NCBI GenBank assembly: GCA_002269645.1
Contig: NIVC01000032.1
Span: 1-64,000, forward strand
DNA length: 64,000 bases
Direction of reading: 5' to 3'
Origin: Macrostomum lignano
Taxonomy: Eukaryota
Shown: piece by piece, positions 11,683-26,265 of the stretch
Layout: every line of letters starts with the position of its first letter
Position numbering within the stretch: position 1 is the first letter of the stretch
Made by a program: the position numbers and the translations under genes
Notes under the pieces: generated by a model
What the model was told of the DNA's origin: nothing
Database searches by the model: none
What the model saw: only the letters and a program-made list of their open reading frames with translations

Positions 11683-14600
11683 TTAAACGGACGCTTCAAC
11701 GCGAAGAGGTGCAGCAGCCGCGCTGGTGGCGTCGCCGAAGATCTCCCTTAGCTGGCTCCTGTAGCTGTCGATGTTGCGACGCATCACCTCCAGACAGGGG
11801 CCGAGCAGACGCTCGAAGTCCGACACGTGGAGCACGCAGACTCGGGTGCGACCGACCGAGTAGCAACTGGCCGCTCTGGGCTGCTTTGTGATGAGCGACA
11901 GTTCGCCAAAATAGGCGCCCTTCTCCAGGTGGTTCACCTGAGTCTCCAGGCCATTGTCCGAGTGCCGGCGCATCACCTTCACGCTGCCCTCCTCGACGAA
12001 GAACATTTCGTTGCCGGGGTCGCCCTGGAAGAGTATGGGCTCGCCTGGGAATGGAGATCGGGGGGGCTTCGAATGAAGTGTCTCGATTCACAATCCGCCC
12101 CTATTCACAATCCGCCCCTATTCGAAATCCGCCCTATTCAAAATCGCCCCATTCACAATTCGCCCCCTATTCACAATCCGCCCCTATTCACAATCCGCCC
12201 CTATTCGAAATCCGCCCTATTCAAAATCGCCCCATTCACAATTCGCCCCCTATTCAAAATCCGCCTTATTCAAAATCGCCCCATTCACAATTCGCCCCAT
12301 TCACAATCCACCCCATTCACAATTCGCCCCACTCACAATTCGCCCCACTCACAATCAGCCCCATTCACAATCCGCCCCTATTCACAATCCGCCCTAATTC
12401 ACGATCCGCCCCACTCACAATCCGCACCTTTCAAAATCAGCCCCATTCACAATCCGCCCCACTCACAATCCGCCCCATTCAAAATCCGCCCCATTCACAA
12501 TCCGCCCCATTCACGATCCGCCCATTCACAATCCGCCCCATTCACAATCCGCCCATTCACAATCCGCCCATTGACAATCCGCCCCATTCACAATCCGCCC
12601 CTATTCACAATCTGCCCCTATTCAAAATCGCCCCATTCACAATTCGCCCCCTATTCAAAATCCGCCCTATTCAAAATCGCCCCATTCACAATTCGCCCCA
12701 TTCACAATTCGCCCCATTCACAATCCACCCCATTCACAATTCGCCCCACTCACAATTCGCCCCACTCACAATCAGCCCCATTCACAATTCGCCCCATTCA
12801 CAATCCACCCGATTCACAATTCGCCCCATTCACAATTCGCCCCATTCACAATTCACCCCATTCACAATTCGCCCCATTCACAATTCGCCCCATTCACAAT
12901 CCACCCCATTCACAATTCGCCCCCTATTCACAATCCGCCCCTATTCACAATCCGCCCCTATTCGAAATCCGCCCTATTCAAAATCGCCCCATTCACAATT
13001 CGCCCCCTATTAAAAATCCGCCCTATTCAAAATCGCCCCATTCACAATTCGCCCCATTCACAATTCGCCCCATTGACAATCCGCCCCATTCACAATCCGC
13101 CCCACTCACAATTCGCCCCACTCACAATCAGCCCCTATTCAAAATCGCCCCATTCACAATTCGCCCCCTATTCACAATCCGCCCTATTCAAAATCGCCCC
13201 ATTCACAATTCGCCCCATTCACAATCCACCCCATTCACAATTCGCCCCATTCACAATTCGCCCCATTCACAATCCACCCCATTCACAATTCGCCCCATTC
13301 ACAATTCGCCCCATTCACAATTCGCCCCATTCACAATTCGCCCCATTCACAATTCGCCCCATTCACAATTCACCCCATTCACAATTCGCCCCACTCACAA
13401 TTCGCCCCACTCACAATCAGCCCCATTCACAATTCGCCCCTATTCACAATCCGCCCTAATTCACGATCCGCCCCACTCACAATCCGCACCTTTCAAAATC
13501 CGCCTCATTCACAATCCGCCCCATTCACAATCCGCCCATTGACAATCCGCCCCATTCACAATCCGCCCCTATTCACAATCTGCCCCTATTCACAATCCGC
13601 CCCTATTCACAATCCGCCCCTATTCACAATCCGCCCCTATTCACAATCCGCCCCTATTCACAATTCGCCCCTATTCACAATCTGCTCTAATTCACAATCC
13701 GCCTCTATTCACAATCGGTCCTATTCACAAGCAACCTCATTCACAATCCACCCCATTCATAATCCGAGTCATTAACAATATGTTCGATCCAAAATCCGCC
13801 CCTATTCACAACCCGCCCATTCAAAATCCGCCCCATTCACAATTCGCCCCATTCACAATCAGCCCCATTCACAATCCGCCCCTATTCACAATCCGCCCTA
13901 ATTCACAATCCGCCCCACTCACAATCCGCCCCTATTCACAAACTGCCCTTATTCACAATCCGCCCCTATTCACAATCCGCCCCTATTCACAATCCGCCCC
14001 TATTCACAATCCGCCCTTATTCACAATCCGCCCCTATTCACAATCCGCCCCTTTTCACAATCCGCCCCTATTCACAATCAGCCTCTATTCACAATCTGCC
14101 CCTATTCACAATCCGCCACTATTCACAATCCGCCCCTATTCACAATCCGCCCCTATTCACAATCCGCCCCATCCACAATCCGCTTCTATTCACAATCCGC
14201 CCCATTCACAATCCGCCCCATTCACAATCCGCCACATTCACAATCCGCCCCTATTCACAATCCGCCCCATTCACAATCCGCCTCTATTCACAATCCGCCC
14301 CATTCACAATCCGCCCTATCAGCGAGTACTCCGCTCACCATCATCGTATTCCCTCTCCTTAAGAGCGTCGGCCACATTCTGCCTCTCGTAGTGCGTGAGC
14401 TCCGACAGCAACGACACGGCAGCCAGGAAGGCTTCGTATTTCTTCCGATTTTTAAACGCCGACATCAGCACCTTCTGCTGGAAGGTGTCCAAGTCCAGCG
14501 ACCAAAGTACACCGTCAGTTTTAGCAATCACGGTGGCCGCCCTGGGGCAATAGTACATTAGGGCGAGCTCGCCAAACGAGCCGCTGTGATTGTAGGTGAC

Positions 14601-15203
14601 ACCAAGACGACGCTCGCCGCTCACCGAGTCAGTCACGTACGCCTCAAAGATGCCCCGTTCGATCACGTAGAAATTATCGCCCTCCTGATCCTGCTCGATG
14701 ATCATGTCACCAGCTTTGACGCTGAGTTCCTGCATGGCGTCGATCACGTGACTCAGACTGACCCGGTCCAGACTCCGGAATAGAAGAATGTGCTTCACCG
14801 TTTCCGTCAGGCGCCGTCTCTGCTCGTCGCTTTTCGGCACAATCTTGCGCTGGTAGGTGGCCTCGCTTTTCTCCGGGTCGAAGGACGGAGCGGCGACGCT
14901 TGGGCGTCGATTGGCTCGCCATGGAGGTACTTTGCCGGCCTCGGCGGCGGCGGCAGCGGCAGCGGCAGCGATATCGAGGTCATCATCCGTCTCGGCGCCA
15001 GAGTCCTCTCTGGCTGGCACCGTCAGAACGGCAACAGCGTCGCCTTCGACGGCACTGTTAACCAGGTCGAGCCGTCGAAAGTAAGCGGCAGCAAAGTGGA
15101 CCAGATTGGTTGGTCGGCGGCGGAGCACCGACACTGTGAAGTCTTGAAGCAGCGACTGTAGTCCGTCTGGGACTTCGAAGCTTGGCCCTGTTGGCGATGA
15201 CAT
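11683..15203 (-). CDS. PRKAR2: cAMP-dependent protein kinase type II regulatory subunit (~408 aa); exons 15203-14339 and 12044-11683
   Basis: RIIa-type D/D domain (GLQSLLQDFTVSVLRRRP..FAAAYF), phosphorylatable inhibitor site RRPSV, two cNMP cassettes FGELALMYYCPRAA and FGELSLITKQPRAA (Ala after Arg, cAMP type). The phase-1 intron GTGAGC(14338)..CCCAG(12045) joins YDDG/EPILFQGDPGNEMFFVEEG in frame. Confidence 0.95.
12086..14319. repeat. 16-17-bp minisatellite (ttcacaatccgccccta / ttcacaattcgccccca) filling the PKA-R intron
   Basis: About 2.2 kb of a 2294-bp intron is the array. Confidence 0.97.
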
Positions 15204-15784
15204 GATCAGCAGATTCTACGGCTGATTCTTTGAGAGCCTCTTTAATTTGTTGTCCCAAAATGTAGCTAATTTTATCGCGGCTTTTATCCCGTTTTCCTGG
15301 CTTTCTGTCTCTTTTTCTCTTGCTCTTCCTCGCTCCCCTCGGTCTGTTAATTAGACGTCAGATTGAGCATGAAACAGAGCGCGCACACACAAGTTAGCGA
15401 GGAGAGAGGGGAGAGGGAAGGGGTGAAGGCCTGAGGTGCAGCTCAGCCAATCAGCGCGATGAGGGTAGGGTAGAGAGGAGGGTGTCGCGCGGGTGCCGTG
15501 ATTACTGGCTATTCGGCATTCAGCTACTTCTTTCTGCTCAAACGGTGCCTGAGCAGAGCACGGACGCCTGATTCTTGGATTCGAGCTGGACTGCCTTGAA
15601 GGGTTTATAAATAGAATTTTCGAACTTGCTCATCTGTGAACTGAGTCTGTGCGGCACCGTAAAAGGCACATACGCTAAATATGTAGCCATTTGCCTTCTT
15701 CTTTGTCTCCATCCAGCCTCATACCTTCCCCATATGCCTCTCTCCCTCTCCCCCGACCCCCTCTCCCTTACTCTGCTTTTCTCC

Positions 15785-16365
15785 CCTGTCTCTCTCTGTC
15801 TCCCCCTGTCCCCGCTGTCTCCCCCTGTCTGCCCCTGTCTGCCCCTGTCTCCCCCTGTCTGCCCCTGTCTGCCCCTGTCTGCCCTTGTCTCCCCCTGTCT
15901 CCCTATCTCCCCCTGTCTGCCCCTGCCTCCCCTGTCTCTCTCTGTCTCCCCCTGTCCCCGCTATCTCCCCCTTTCTGCCCCTGTCTCCCCCTGTCTGCCC
16001 CTGCCTCCCCCTGTCTGCCCCTGTCTCCCCCTGTCTGCCCCTGTCTCCCCCTGTCTGCCCCTGTCTCCCCCTGTCTGCCCCTGTCTCCCCTGTCTGCCCC
16101 TGTCTCCCCTGTCTGCCCCTGCCTCCCCCTGTCTGCCCCTGTCTCCCCCTGCCTGCCCCTGTCTCCCCTCCACCCCTGACCCTCTTTTCTCTGTTCTTCT
16201 TCCCTCTCTCTTCCTGTCTCTCCCTGACTCCCTCTCACCTCCTATCTTCCTTCTCTCTGTCTGTCTCCCATCTCCCCTGTCTCCCATCTCACCCTGTCTC
16301 CCATCACACCCTGTCTCCCATCGCACCCTGTCTCCCATCTCACCCTGTCTCCCATCGCACCCTGT
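15785..16365. repeat. 10-bp pyrimidine-rich minisatellite (ctgtctcccc/ctgtctgccc) plus a 20-bp derivative
   Basis: Direct reading; explains the PCLPLS-type ORFs. Confidence 0.95.
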
Positions 16366-16779
16366 TTTCTTACGGCTAAATATTACGGCTACAGAAAACT
16401 GCAATATTGATATCCATGCGTCTGTATAAAGGCAGTATTTCAAAGCAGGTTTCCAATTACCTCACTCGCCTTACTTAATTATAAATTCCTCTCTCAGCCA
16501 GATGTAACCAGCTTGTACATCTTGACATGCACAGATCAGCAGGAAGTGCTTTTTTTCGTTTTCGCTCTGCACAGACCTGACACAGGGCAAACATACCTGT
16601 TGATCCATGCAGAGGCTTGTAATTTCCGTTCTTATAACTGAGCGACTGAGCTCACGTGAGGCTGAGCTAGACTCTCTCGTGGCTCCGTTGGGAATGCGCA
16701 ATGACAAGCTGCAGAAGAGTGCGAGAGAATGTGATACTAGGCTTGCTAAATAATCGTAAGTATCTGAAGGGCATGATAA

Positions 16780-17172
16780 AGGGTAGGATAGATGAGACGG
16801 TAGATATGAGAGAGATGAGACAGTAGATATGAGAAATGTGACAAGAGATAAGAGAAACAGATGAAATAGTAGATAGGAGATAGTAGATATGAGTGAGATG
16901 GGACAGTAGATATGAGAAATGTGACAAGAGATAAGAGAAACAGATGAAATAGTAGATAGGAGATAGTAGATATGAGTGAGATGGGACAGTAGATATGAGA
17001 AATGTGACAAGAGATAAGAGAAACAGATGAAATAGTAGATAGGAGATAGTAGATATGAGTGAGATGAGACAGTAGATATGAGAGATGGGAAAGTAGATAT
17101 GAGAGAGATGAGACAGTAGATATGAGAGATGAGACAGTAGCTATGAGAGAGATGAGACAGTAGATATGAGAC
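16780..17172. repeat. GA-rich repeat with an 83-bp unit x3 and 22-bp subunits
   Basis: The g-atg(g/a)gacagtagatatgag anchor recurs at 16897, 16980 and 17063. Confidence 0.9.
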
Positions 17173-17189
17173 AATATGAACCTTTAAAA

Positions 17190-17538
17190 TGGCGCTAGAA
17201 TCTATCATTTGGCGCTAGAATCTATCCTGTGGCGCTAGAATCTATCCTGTAGCGCTAGAATCTATCCTGTGGCGCTAGAATCTATCCTGTGGCGCTAGAA
17301 TCTATCCTGTGGCGCTAGAATCTATCCTGTGGCGCTAGAATCTATCCTGTGGCGCTAGAATCTATCCTGTGGCGCTAGAATCTATCCTGTGGCGCTAGAA
17401 TCTATCCTGTGGCGCTAGAATCTATCCTGTGGCGTTAGAATCTATCCTGTAGCGCTAGAATCTATCCTGTGGCGCTAGAATCTATCCTGTGGCGTTAGAA
17501 TCTATCCTGTAGCGCTAGAATCTATCCTGTGGCGCTAA
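17190..17538. repeat. 20-bp minisatellite ggcgctagaatctatcctgt, ~17 copies
   Basis: Near-perfect tandem copies. Confidence 0.98.
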
Positions 17539-18736
17539 AATATTCTGTTCACTGACTCCACTGCACTTGATTGTGTTGATGATGTTACAATGACTCTTGA
17601 ACAACCTTCGCATCCCGCCTAGATTAAAATTTCTGTCTGCGCCACATGTTTCTAATGAAAAATCCAGACTAGACAGCAATATCTCTGTAGAGATTTAAGA
17701 TTATTATATCAGCTAGCAAGTATTACATGTAGTTATGATACAGAAAAAATGTTATTGATGAATAATTTTCTGTACTGAAAATGTTTCTGAACAACTGAAC
17801 TACAGTAGTGCAGAAGTATTAAGATATTTCGGATTGATTGCATAGATGATTGGCCAAGACAAAATGAAGGAATCGAGCAATTATTGCAGTTGCTGGGGAG
17901 CACGAGTTGGGGGAAAGAAGTACTCGTGCATTGCTTTGCTATGATGCGAGAATTTACAAACAGTGACGAGGGAACTGTGGCACATCACTCAGCCCTCATC
18001 GCACCTTCTCTCTCCCCACTCATTTCTCAGCCAGCAGTCTCCATTGTTACTGCAGGCCGCTCTGCACACGCGAGCTTCATCGCACAGCTGCTGGCAAAGT
18101 ACACCAGACCGCAGGCTGCACACACAGAAACGGAATGAGAGGCGCAGAGACTGCAGAGCTCAGCTGAGTGCAGCAGGAGTTGCCAGCCAGACCAACTCGG
18201 TCTCCAATGCACATTTCCAACATCGAAAAGTTCGAAATTTAAATTTGGCACCGCTGCACAGACAAACAAAGTTAAATTAATAATTATCTGCAATAGAAAA
18301 CTCACCCAGAACAGGTACCTGTGTGTGCTCAGTAATTTCTCAGACTGAGCACTCTTGCAGCTGCAGAGATGCAGTTCTGTGACCTGCGATACTGGCACCG
18401 ATTCAAAGTGTGTGGCACACTGGATTTGCAGAGCTCAGCAGCCTTGCACTGGCAGCAGAGGATATTCAGCCAAGAATTCCTTGACCAGCACTGAACTCCC
18501 TGACTCAAAATCTGACTGCATTTTGCATTTGACAGGTGAGTCGGTTTGGAATGAGGCTGGAAACGCCTTGAAATCTGGTTTGATTATCCCACTGTGCATT
18601 GAGCACTTCTGCCTTCTGCTCTCTCTGTTCTCCCTCTTCTCTCTCTGTTCTCCCTCTGTTCTCACTCTCTTCTTTATCTTTCACTGTGTTCATTTTAACT
18701 TCATCTGCATTTCAGCTTCCCTCAAAAAATTCAACA

Positions 18737-20407
18737 ATGAGCCTCAAAGGCTCCAGCGACAGCTCGAGTTCGGACGCGCCGCCCGCTACCCCAACTCCTC
18801 TCTGCATCATCTGCGACCAAGCTGCAGTCGGTGTGGCTCCGTTCTCCCGCTGCCACATGTGCAGTCAACACCTCAGTGTCGATGTGGCCAATCTATTCAA
18901 GCTCAAATATGAGGTCGAAGAGCTGTTGCGTGCCTACTCACAAGAGTCACAAGAGTCACAAGACCCCCAAGAGTCACAAGGCGCAGCAGGTGCAGCTGGC
19001 CGTGCAGCGCTGCTGCGACCAAGACAAGACGCTGAGTCGCTGCGTCGTCTCGCTCTCGACATCCAACAGCAGCTGCAAGAGGTCAATCACAAATTCGATT
19101 TGGTACAGCAACACATCGACTCGTTTCGTAGCAGGGTGACGGGCCAGCTCTCAGGTGTGCTTGAGGCAGTGCGTGTGTGCGAGCGGGACCTCGAGGACGT
19201 CTCCAGCTACAAGCAGGAGGTGGCCACGGCGGAGGCTGCAGGCGACATGGCGGAGCTGCTTCGCCTGGTCCAGTCCATGCACGAATCGCTTGGAGACTTG
19301 GAGGCCGACTTTGAGAGGTCAGAGCGCCTGCTCAGAGACCAGAGCGACAATGAGGAGCTGCAGCTGCGGCTTGTGGGCCAGCTTGAGCGGCTGGTCGGCA
19401 TTTTTGCGGGATGCAGTGAAGAGGGCGACTGGTCGAGAGACGCTGCGGTGACCGCGACATCCGAGGAGATAGACAGAGATATAGCTGCTGAAAAAGAAAA
19501 ACTGCTGTTCGATCCGATGTTCTTTAGTCACGACGTGAAGCTGGATGACCGTGTTTCATGTCTAGCTGTGTGCAGCGACACCAGCGGATTCGTTGGTGAC
19601 CGCTCAGGCCGAGTGGTTTCCGCCGACTCAGCGGGAGACGGCAGCAGGGCTCTGCCTCAGCCCTGCATCCTGGCATCATTCCTTGCGAACAGGGACCACT
19701 TACTGGTGCTCTCTGTGGACGGCTCACAGAAGCTTCGGTGCCACTGCGATATCGACTGGAAGAATATAATCTGGGGCCTTCACTGCGACCGTCAGCTGCT
19801 GTTCATCGCTCAGCCTGACGCAGTGACAGTGACGGACCTGAGCGGTCGCGCGGTGCATCGAGTCCGCCCACACATCGAGGGCTTCGGTGACATCCGTGGA
19901 ATCGGCGGCAACGCAGCCTCCGTGTTTGTGTCCAGCGGAAACAAAATTGCTGCATTCAGCAAAGCGACTTGGCAGATGGAGACGGTCATCACGCTGTCTC
20001 AGCTTCCTGATGCTGATCTGCGCAGCCTGGCAACTCACGACAACTGCATTCTGGTGACCGACTGGAATAAGTGGCAGGTGCACAGAGTGCGCATTGACAC
20101 CCAGCAACTGGTCGCCTCCTTCCCGACTCAGCGTTCCGGTCTCCAACAGTTTGCTCATCCAATCAATGTGGCCGTCGACAGCAGAGGCCGCCTGTTCGTG
20201 AGTGAATATTGGGGTCACTCAGTGCGAGCGGTGGCTGCAGACGACGGGTCGCCAATGTGGACTCTGGGGACTCCGGGCGAGAGCGACAGCGAAGACGGCA
20301 TATCCTGGCATCCATGGGGTCTGGCGGTGGTGACGGGAGGTCCGTGCGAGCAGCTGGTGGTGGCTGACTGGGACATCGGCAGACTGCAGGTGTTCAATGC
20401 ATCCTAA
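18737..20407 (+). CDS. TRIM-NHL-like protein, copy 1 (Cys/His Zn-finger-like motif, coiled coil, NHL/6-bladed beta-propeller; no RING), 556 aa, intronless CDS
   Basis: CIICD..CHMCSQH motif, heptad-rich helical region, NHL-type repeats FAHPINVAVDSRGRLFVSE and PWGLAV..LVVAD..RLQVF. ATG 18737 follows a pyrimidine tract/acceptor and aligns with the ATG of copy 2. Confidence 0.85.
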   Translation: MSLKGSSDSSSSDAPPATPTPLCIICDQAAVGVAPFSRCHMCSQHLSVDVANLFKLKYEVEELLRAYSQESQESQDPQESQGAAGAAGRAALLRPRQDAESLRRLALDIQQQLQEVNHKFDLVQQHIDSFRSRVTGQLSGVLEAVRVCERDLEDVSSYKQEVATAEAAGDMAELLRLVQSMHESLGDLEADFERSERLLRDQSDNEELQLRLVGQLERLVGIFAGCSEEGDWSRDAAVTATSEEIDRDIAAEKEKLLFDPMFFSHDVKLDDRVSCLAVCSDTSGFVGDRSGRVVSADSAGDGSRALPQPCILASFLANRDHLLVLSVDGSQKLRCHCDIDWKNIIWGLHCDRQLLFIAQPDAVTVTDLSGRAVHRVRPHIEGFGDIRGIGGNAASVFVSSGNKIAAFSKATWQMETVITLSQLPDADLRSLATHDNCILVTDWNKWQVHRVRIDTQQLVASFPTQRSGLQQFAHPINVAVDSRGRLFVSEYWGHSVRAVAADDGSPMWTLGTPGESDSEDGISWHPWGLAVVTGGPCEQLVVADWDIGRLQVFNAS

Positions 20408-20885
20408 TTTTATTCACAGAGCTGTGGGGTTTCTTGAGTGATTGATTTATTTGAGGCCTACGCTCGTAGTTTTCGGTCGAGTTTTTCTAATCATGGAATT
20501 TTTAACACTGATGACCTTCTTTGTCTAATAATCGTTTATTATGTCTGGTATACGCAGAACTGATATTTATTAATGTTATTTATTAATAAATTAATTAAAT
20601 ATTAATAAAATTTATCTTTCGTTGGCCCTCAGCACTTCTCTCATTGCTTTTATTTTTCTAGAAGTTTCAGCACCAGAAATTGGACTTGACTGTTGAATTG
20701 AATTTCAGCAAAAATGGCATGCAGTTTGCTTAAATTCCCCTCACTCGCTGCAGACTCAGCGCTCGCTTCTGTGTTGCATTTTCCTCCATGGGTCACTGCT
20801 TTGTGTTTTATATGCCTGGGCACAGGTATTTTTAGCTGGGAACTTATTGTTAAAATATAAGTGCTTCGGAAAGTTGAAACTATCA

Positions 20886-22229
<1,344 letters not shown>

Positions 22230-23149
22230 TTAGCGATAGAAAGATTTCTTTAACTAGCCAACTGTCTCAGCTGTTGGATGAGCGAATGTACGCTCGTAGA
22301 TTAAACATGCTGGTTTTTGTTGCATGGATGCTCAATAATGGACTCCCGAGCATCTGCTCTACTAAATGAAGATTAGGCCATTCATCATTTTGGGAGCAGA
22401 TGTGACTCTTATAGTTTAGCCCAGGAAATCTATTTTGCTGATAGACAGTGCTGCTTCTATTTGCCAATGTCGGGACAGCGAAAGTGCAAAAATTAATTCT
22501 TCATTCGAATTCTGTGGTTTGGGATTTGGGATTCTAGCGACCCTTAGCAACAGTTTTGGCAACATTAACAACGCATTCTTGCGCAACTTAGCAACCAAAC
22601 CGTTAACCTTGACAACAGATTATGGCGCCGTTGGCAACAGAGATGATAGCCTTGATGATAGAATCTGTTGTTATAGCAATCGATTAAGGGACTACGATTA
22701 AGGATCGATTAAGGATAAGTATCTCGGATTTTGTCGCTCTAGGAACCTCAAAAACCAAATTTGCGACCTTGACAAACGGATTCTAGCGTCCTTAGCAACC
22801 GAATAATTGACCTTTACAAACTACGAGCGCATAAGTGAGGTCCTTTAATATAGCAATGGATTCATGTGACCCTAACAACCGAACAAGGGCCCAATACAGT
22901 GCATGATAATCTATGTACACACAAAGCTAAGTAACAAATATATTAAGCCCACAATTTGTTTAAACAGAATGCCCTACAAAATTTTGTTTGGCCAAAAGGC
23001 AAAGACCGCTAATCTCTCTGCTTGGGGGATTAACACTTGATGGGAATGCGATTGTGTAACACGCATTCCGAAATGATTAGTTAATTGCTGATTAGTTGGT
23101 CGTAAGTTTGATAAAGTACACGAGCATGACCTACTGTAACTAGCGACTC

Positions 23150-24085
23150 TGGGAGGAATTCAACTGCCAATTCTCATGGTGAGGGGAATTCAACTGCCGA
23201 TTCTCATGATGAGGGGAATTCAACTGCCGATTCTCATGGTGAGGGGAATTCAACTGCCGATTTTCATGGCGATTGGAATTCAACTGCCGGTTCTCATGGT
23301 GAGGGGAATTAAACTGCCGAGTATAATGGGTTGGCGGAATTCAACTGCCGATTCTCATAGGGGAATTCAACTGCCGATTCTCATAGGGGAATTCAACTGC
23401 CGATTCTCATAGGGGAATTCAACTGCCGATTCTCATAGGGGAATTCAACTGCCGATTCTCATAGGGGGAATTCAACTGCCGATTCTCATAGGGGGAATTC
23501 AACCACAGGTTCTCATAAAGGGAATTCAACCACAGGTTCTCATGGGGAATTCAACCACAGAATGTCATGGGGGGAATTCAACCACAGAATGTCATGGGGG
23601 GAATTCAACCACAGAATGTCATGGGGGGAATTCAACCACAGAATCTCATGGGGAGAATTCAAACACAGAATCTCATAGAGGGAATTCAATCACAGATTCT
23701 CATAGGGAAAATGCAACCAGATTCTCATAGGGGGAATGCAACCACAGATTCTCATAGGGGGAATTAATTCAACCACAGAATCTCATGGGGGAATTCAACC
23801 ACATATTCTCATAGGGAAAATGCTACCAGATTCTCATAGGGGGAATGCAACCACAGATTCTCATAGGGGGAATTAATTCAGCCACAGAATCTCATGGGGG
23901 AATTCAACCACATATTCTCAAAGGGAAAATGCTACCAGATTCTCATAGGGAAAATGCAAACACAGATTCTCATAGGGAAAATGCAACCACAGATTCTCAT
24001 AGGGAAAATGCAACCACAGATTCTCATAGGGAAAATGCAACCACAGATTCTCATAGGGGAGATTCAACCACAGAATCCCATGGGT
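23150..24085. repeat. 27-bp minisatellite (gggggaattcaactgccgattctcata family), left block
   Basis: Tandem EcoRI-containing units, drifting to ..aatgcaaccacag.. variants. Confidence 0.95.
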
Positions 24086-24423
24086 GGTGGGAATGCAACT
24101 GCTATAGGCGATTCCCCTGTGTTGATAAAGGATTTTTGTGGCTTGCTCAGACGAAATTAATCAGAAGGCATCTCGGATAGGAAGAAGGCGTTTCCAAGGT
24201 AACCCAGAGTCAAGAACTAAGCTAACACACTTACTTTTGGGACGATATGATTAATTAATCATTCATACACTGACGGCATGCATTAATATTTAACCGACCG
24301 AATGATTTGAAGTGTGAGTAATGTACGTTGAGCATAGTAACACGCTACAATAGTCACCTTCTCTGATATATATAGGAAATCTTGAGAAGCAGTTCCTCTC
24401 AGCACAAGATTCACACTGAAGCC

Positions 24424-24720
24424 ATGTCATCGCCTGAGAACTTAAATCCTGAACAAGCTCTGCAAAAAATCCAGCAACAGCATCAACATTTCGATTGTCA
24501 AGATGACCGAATTCAACAGCAGATTGAAATACTGTCCGACGTTCGAGCACTGCTCATCGATGGCCGAGATCTTGTCAAGCACAGTGTAAGGCTGACAGAG
24601 GAGATGCATCGAATCATGAAACTGCCAATGTGGACTGCTGCTGCTTCTAAAAGCCAATCAAGTTGCTGCATCTGCGACCGCGGGAAACAAGACAAGAAGA
24701 AGCGAGCGTACCGGGCATAA
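24424..24720 (+). CDS. Putative orphan exon/short gene (98 aa; Q-rich helical segment then CCICD)
   Basis: Non-repetitive coding-like island with gccATG start. Upstream GTAAGT donor at 23102 and AG acceptor at 24374-24375 bracket the left array. No recognisable family; 3' splicing unresolved. Confidence 0.35.
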   Translation: MSSPENLNPEQALQKIQQQHQHFDCQDDRIQQQIEILSDVRALLIDGRDLVKHSVRLTEEMHRIMKLPMWTAAASKSQSSCCICDRGKQDKKKRAYRA

Positions 24721-24744
24721 GCGACCGGAGTGACCATGAGGTTC

Positions 24745-26265
24745 TCTGAGGGGATTTCAACTCCTAATTCTCTGAGGGGAATTCAACTGCTGATATTCTG
24801 AAGGGAATTCAACTGCTGATATTCTGAAGGGAATTCAACTGCTGATCCTCTTAGGGGAAGTCAACTGCTGATTCTATGAGGGAAATTCAACTAATAATTC
24901 TCTGGGAGAATTCAACTGCCAATTCTCATATGGGGAATTCAGCCGCAGATTCTCATAGGGGGAATTCAGCCGCAGATTCTCATAGGGGGAATTCAGCCGC
25001 AGATTCTCATAGGGGGAATTCAACTGCTGATCCACATAGGGGAATTCAACTGCCGATCCTCATAGGGGGAATTCAACTGCCGATCCTCATAGGGGGAATT
25101 CAACTGCCGATCCTCATAGGGGGAATTCAACTGCCGATCCTCATAGGGGGAATTCAACTGCCGATCCTCATAGGGGGAATTCAGCTGCCGATTCTCATAG
25201 GGGGAATTCAACTGCTGATCCACATAGGGGAATTCAACTACCGATCCTCATAGGGGGAATTCAACTGCCGATCCTCATAGGGGGAATTCAACTGCCGATC
25301 CTCATAGGGGGAATTCAACTGCCGATCCTCATAGGGGGAATTCAACTGCCGATGCTCATAGGGGGAATTCAGCTGCCGATTCTCATAGGGGGAATTCAAC
25401 TGCTGATCCAGATAGGGGAATTCAACTGCCGATCCTCATAGGGGGAATTCAACTGCCGATCCTCATAGGGGGAATTCAACTGCCGATCCTCATAGGGGGA
25501 ATTCAACTGCCGATCCTCATAGGGGGAATTCAGCTGCCGATTCTCAAAGGGGGAATTCAACTGCCGATTCTCATAGGGGGAATTCAACTGCCGATTCTCA
25601 TAGGGGGAATTCAACTGCCGATTCTCATAAGGGGAATTCAGCTGCCGATTCTCATAGGGGGAATTCAACTGCTGATCCACATAGGGGAATTCAACTGCCG
25701 ATCCTCATAGGAGGAATTCAACTGCCGATCCTCATAGGGGGAATTCAACTGCCGATCCTCATAGGGGGAATTCAACTGCCGATCCTCATAGGGGGAATTC
25801 AACTGCCGATTCTCAGGGAGAATTCAACTGCTGATCCACATAGGGGAATTCAACTGCCGATCCTCATAGGGGGGATTCAAACAGAGATTCTCATAGGGGG
25901 AATGCAACTGCCGATCCTCATAGGGGGAATTCAACTGCCGATCCTCATAGGGGGAATTCAACTGCCGATTCTCAGGGAGAATTCAACTGCTGATCCTCAT
26001 AGGGGGAATTCAACTGCCGATCCTCATAGGGGGAATTCAGCTGCCGATTCTCATAGGGGGAATTCAACTGCTGATCCACATAGGGGAATTCAACTGCCGA
26101 TCCTCATAGGGGGAATTCAACTGCTGATCCACATAGGGGAATTCAACTGCCGATCCTCATAGGGGGAATTCAACTGCCGATCCTCATAGGGGAAATTCAA
26201 CCACAGACTGTCATAGAGGGAATTCAACCAGATTATCATAGGGGGAATTCAACCACATAACCCTT
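24745..26265. repeat. 27-bp minisatellite, right block (gggggaattcaactgccgatcctcata)
   Basis: Same family as 23150-24085, more homogeneous. Confidence 0.96.

Noticed and set aside
11827-14391. Long plus-strand Pro/Ile/His-rich ORFs
   Set aside because: Antisense translations of the PKA-R intronic minisatellite.
15353-15360. CRE-like agacgtca upstream of PKA-R
   Set aside because: 7/8 match only, and expected by chance.
18599-18736. N-terminal extension of NHL copy 1 given by the ORF track
   Set aside because: A pyrimidine tract with splice acceptor; the paralogue starts at the ATG equivalent to 18737.
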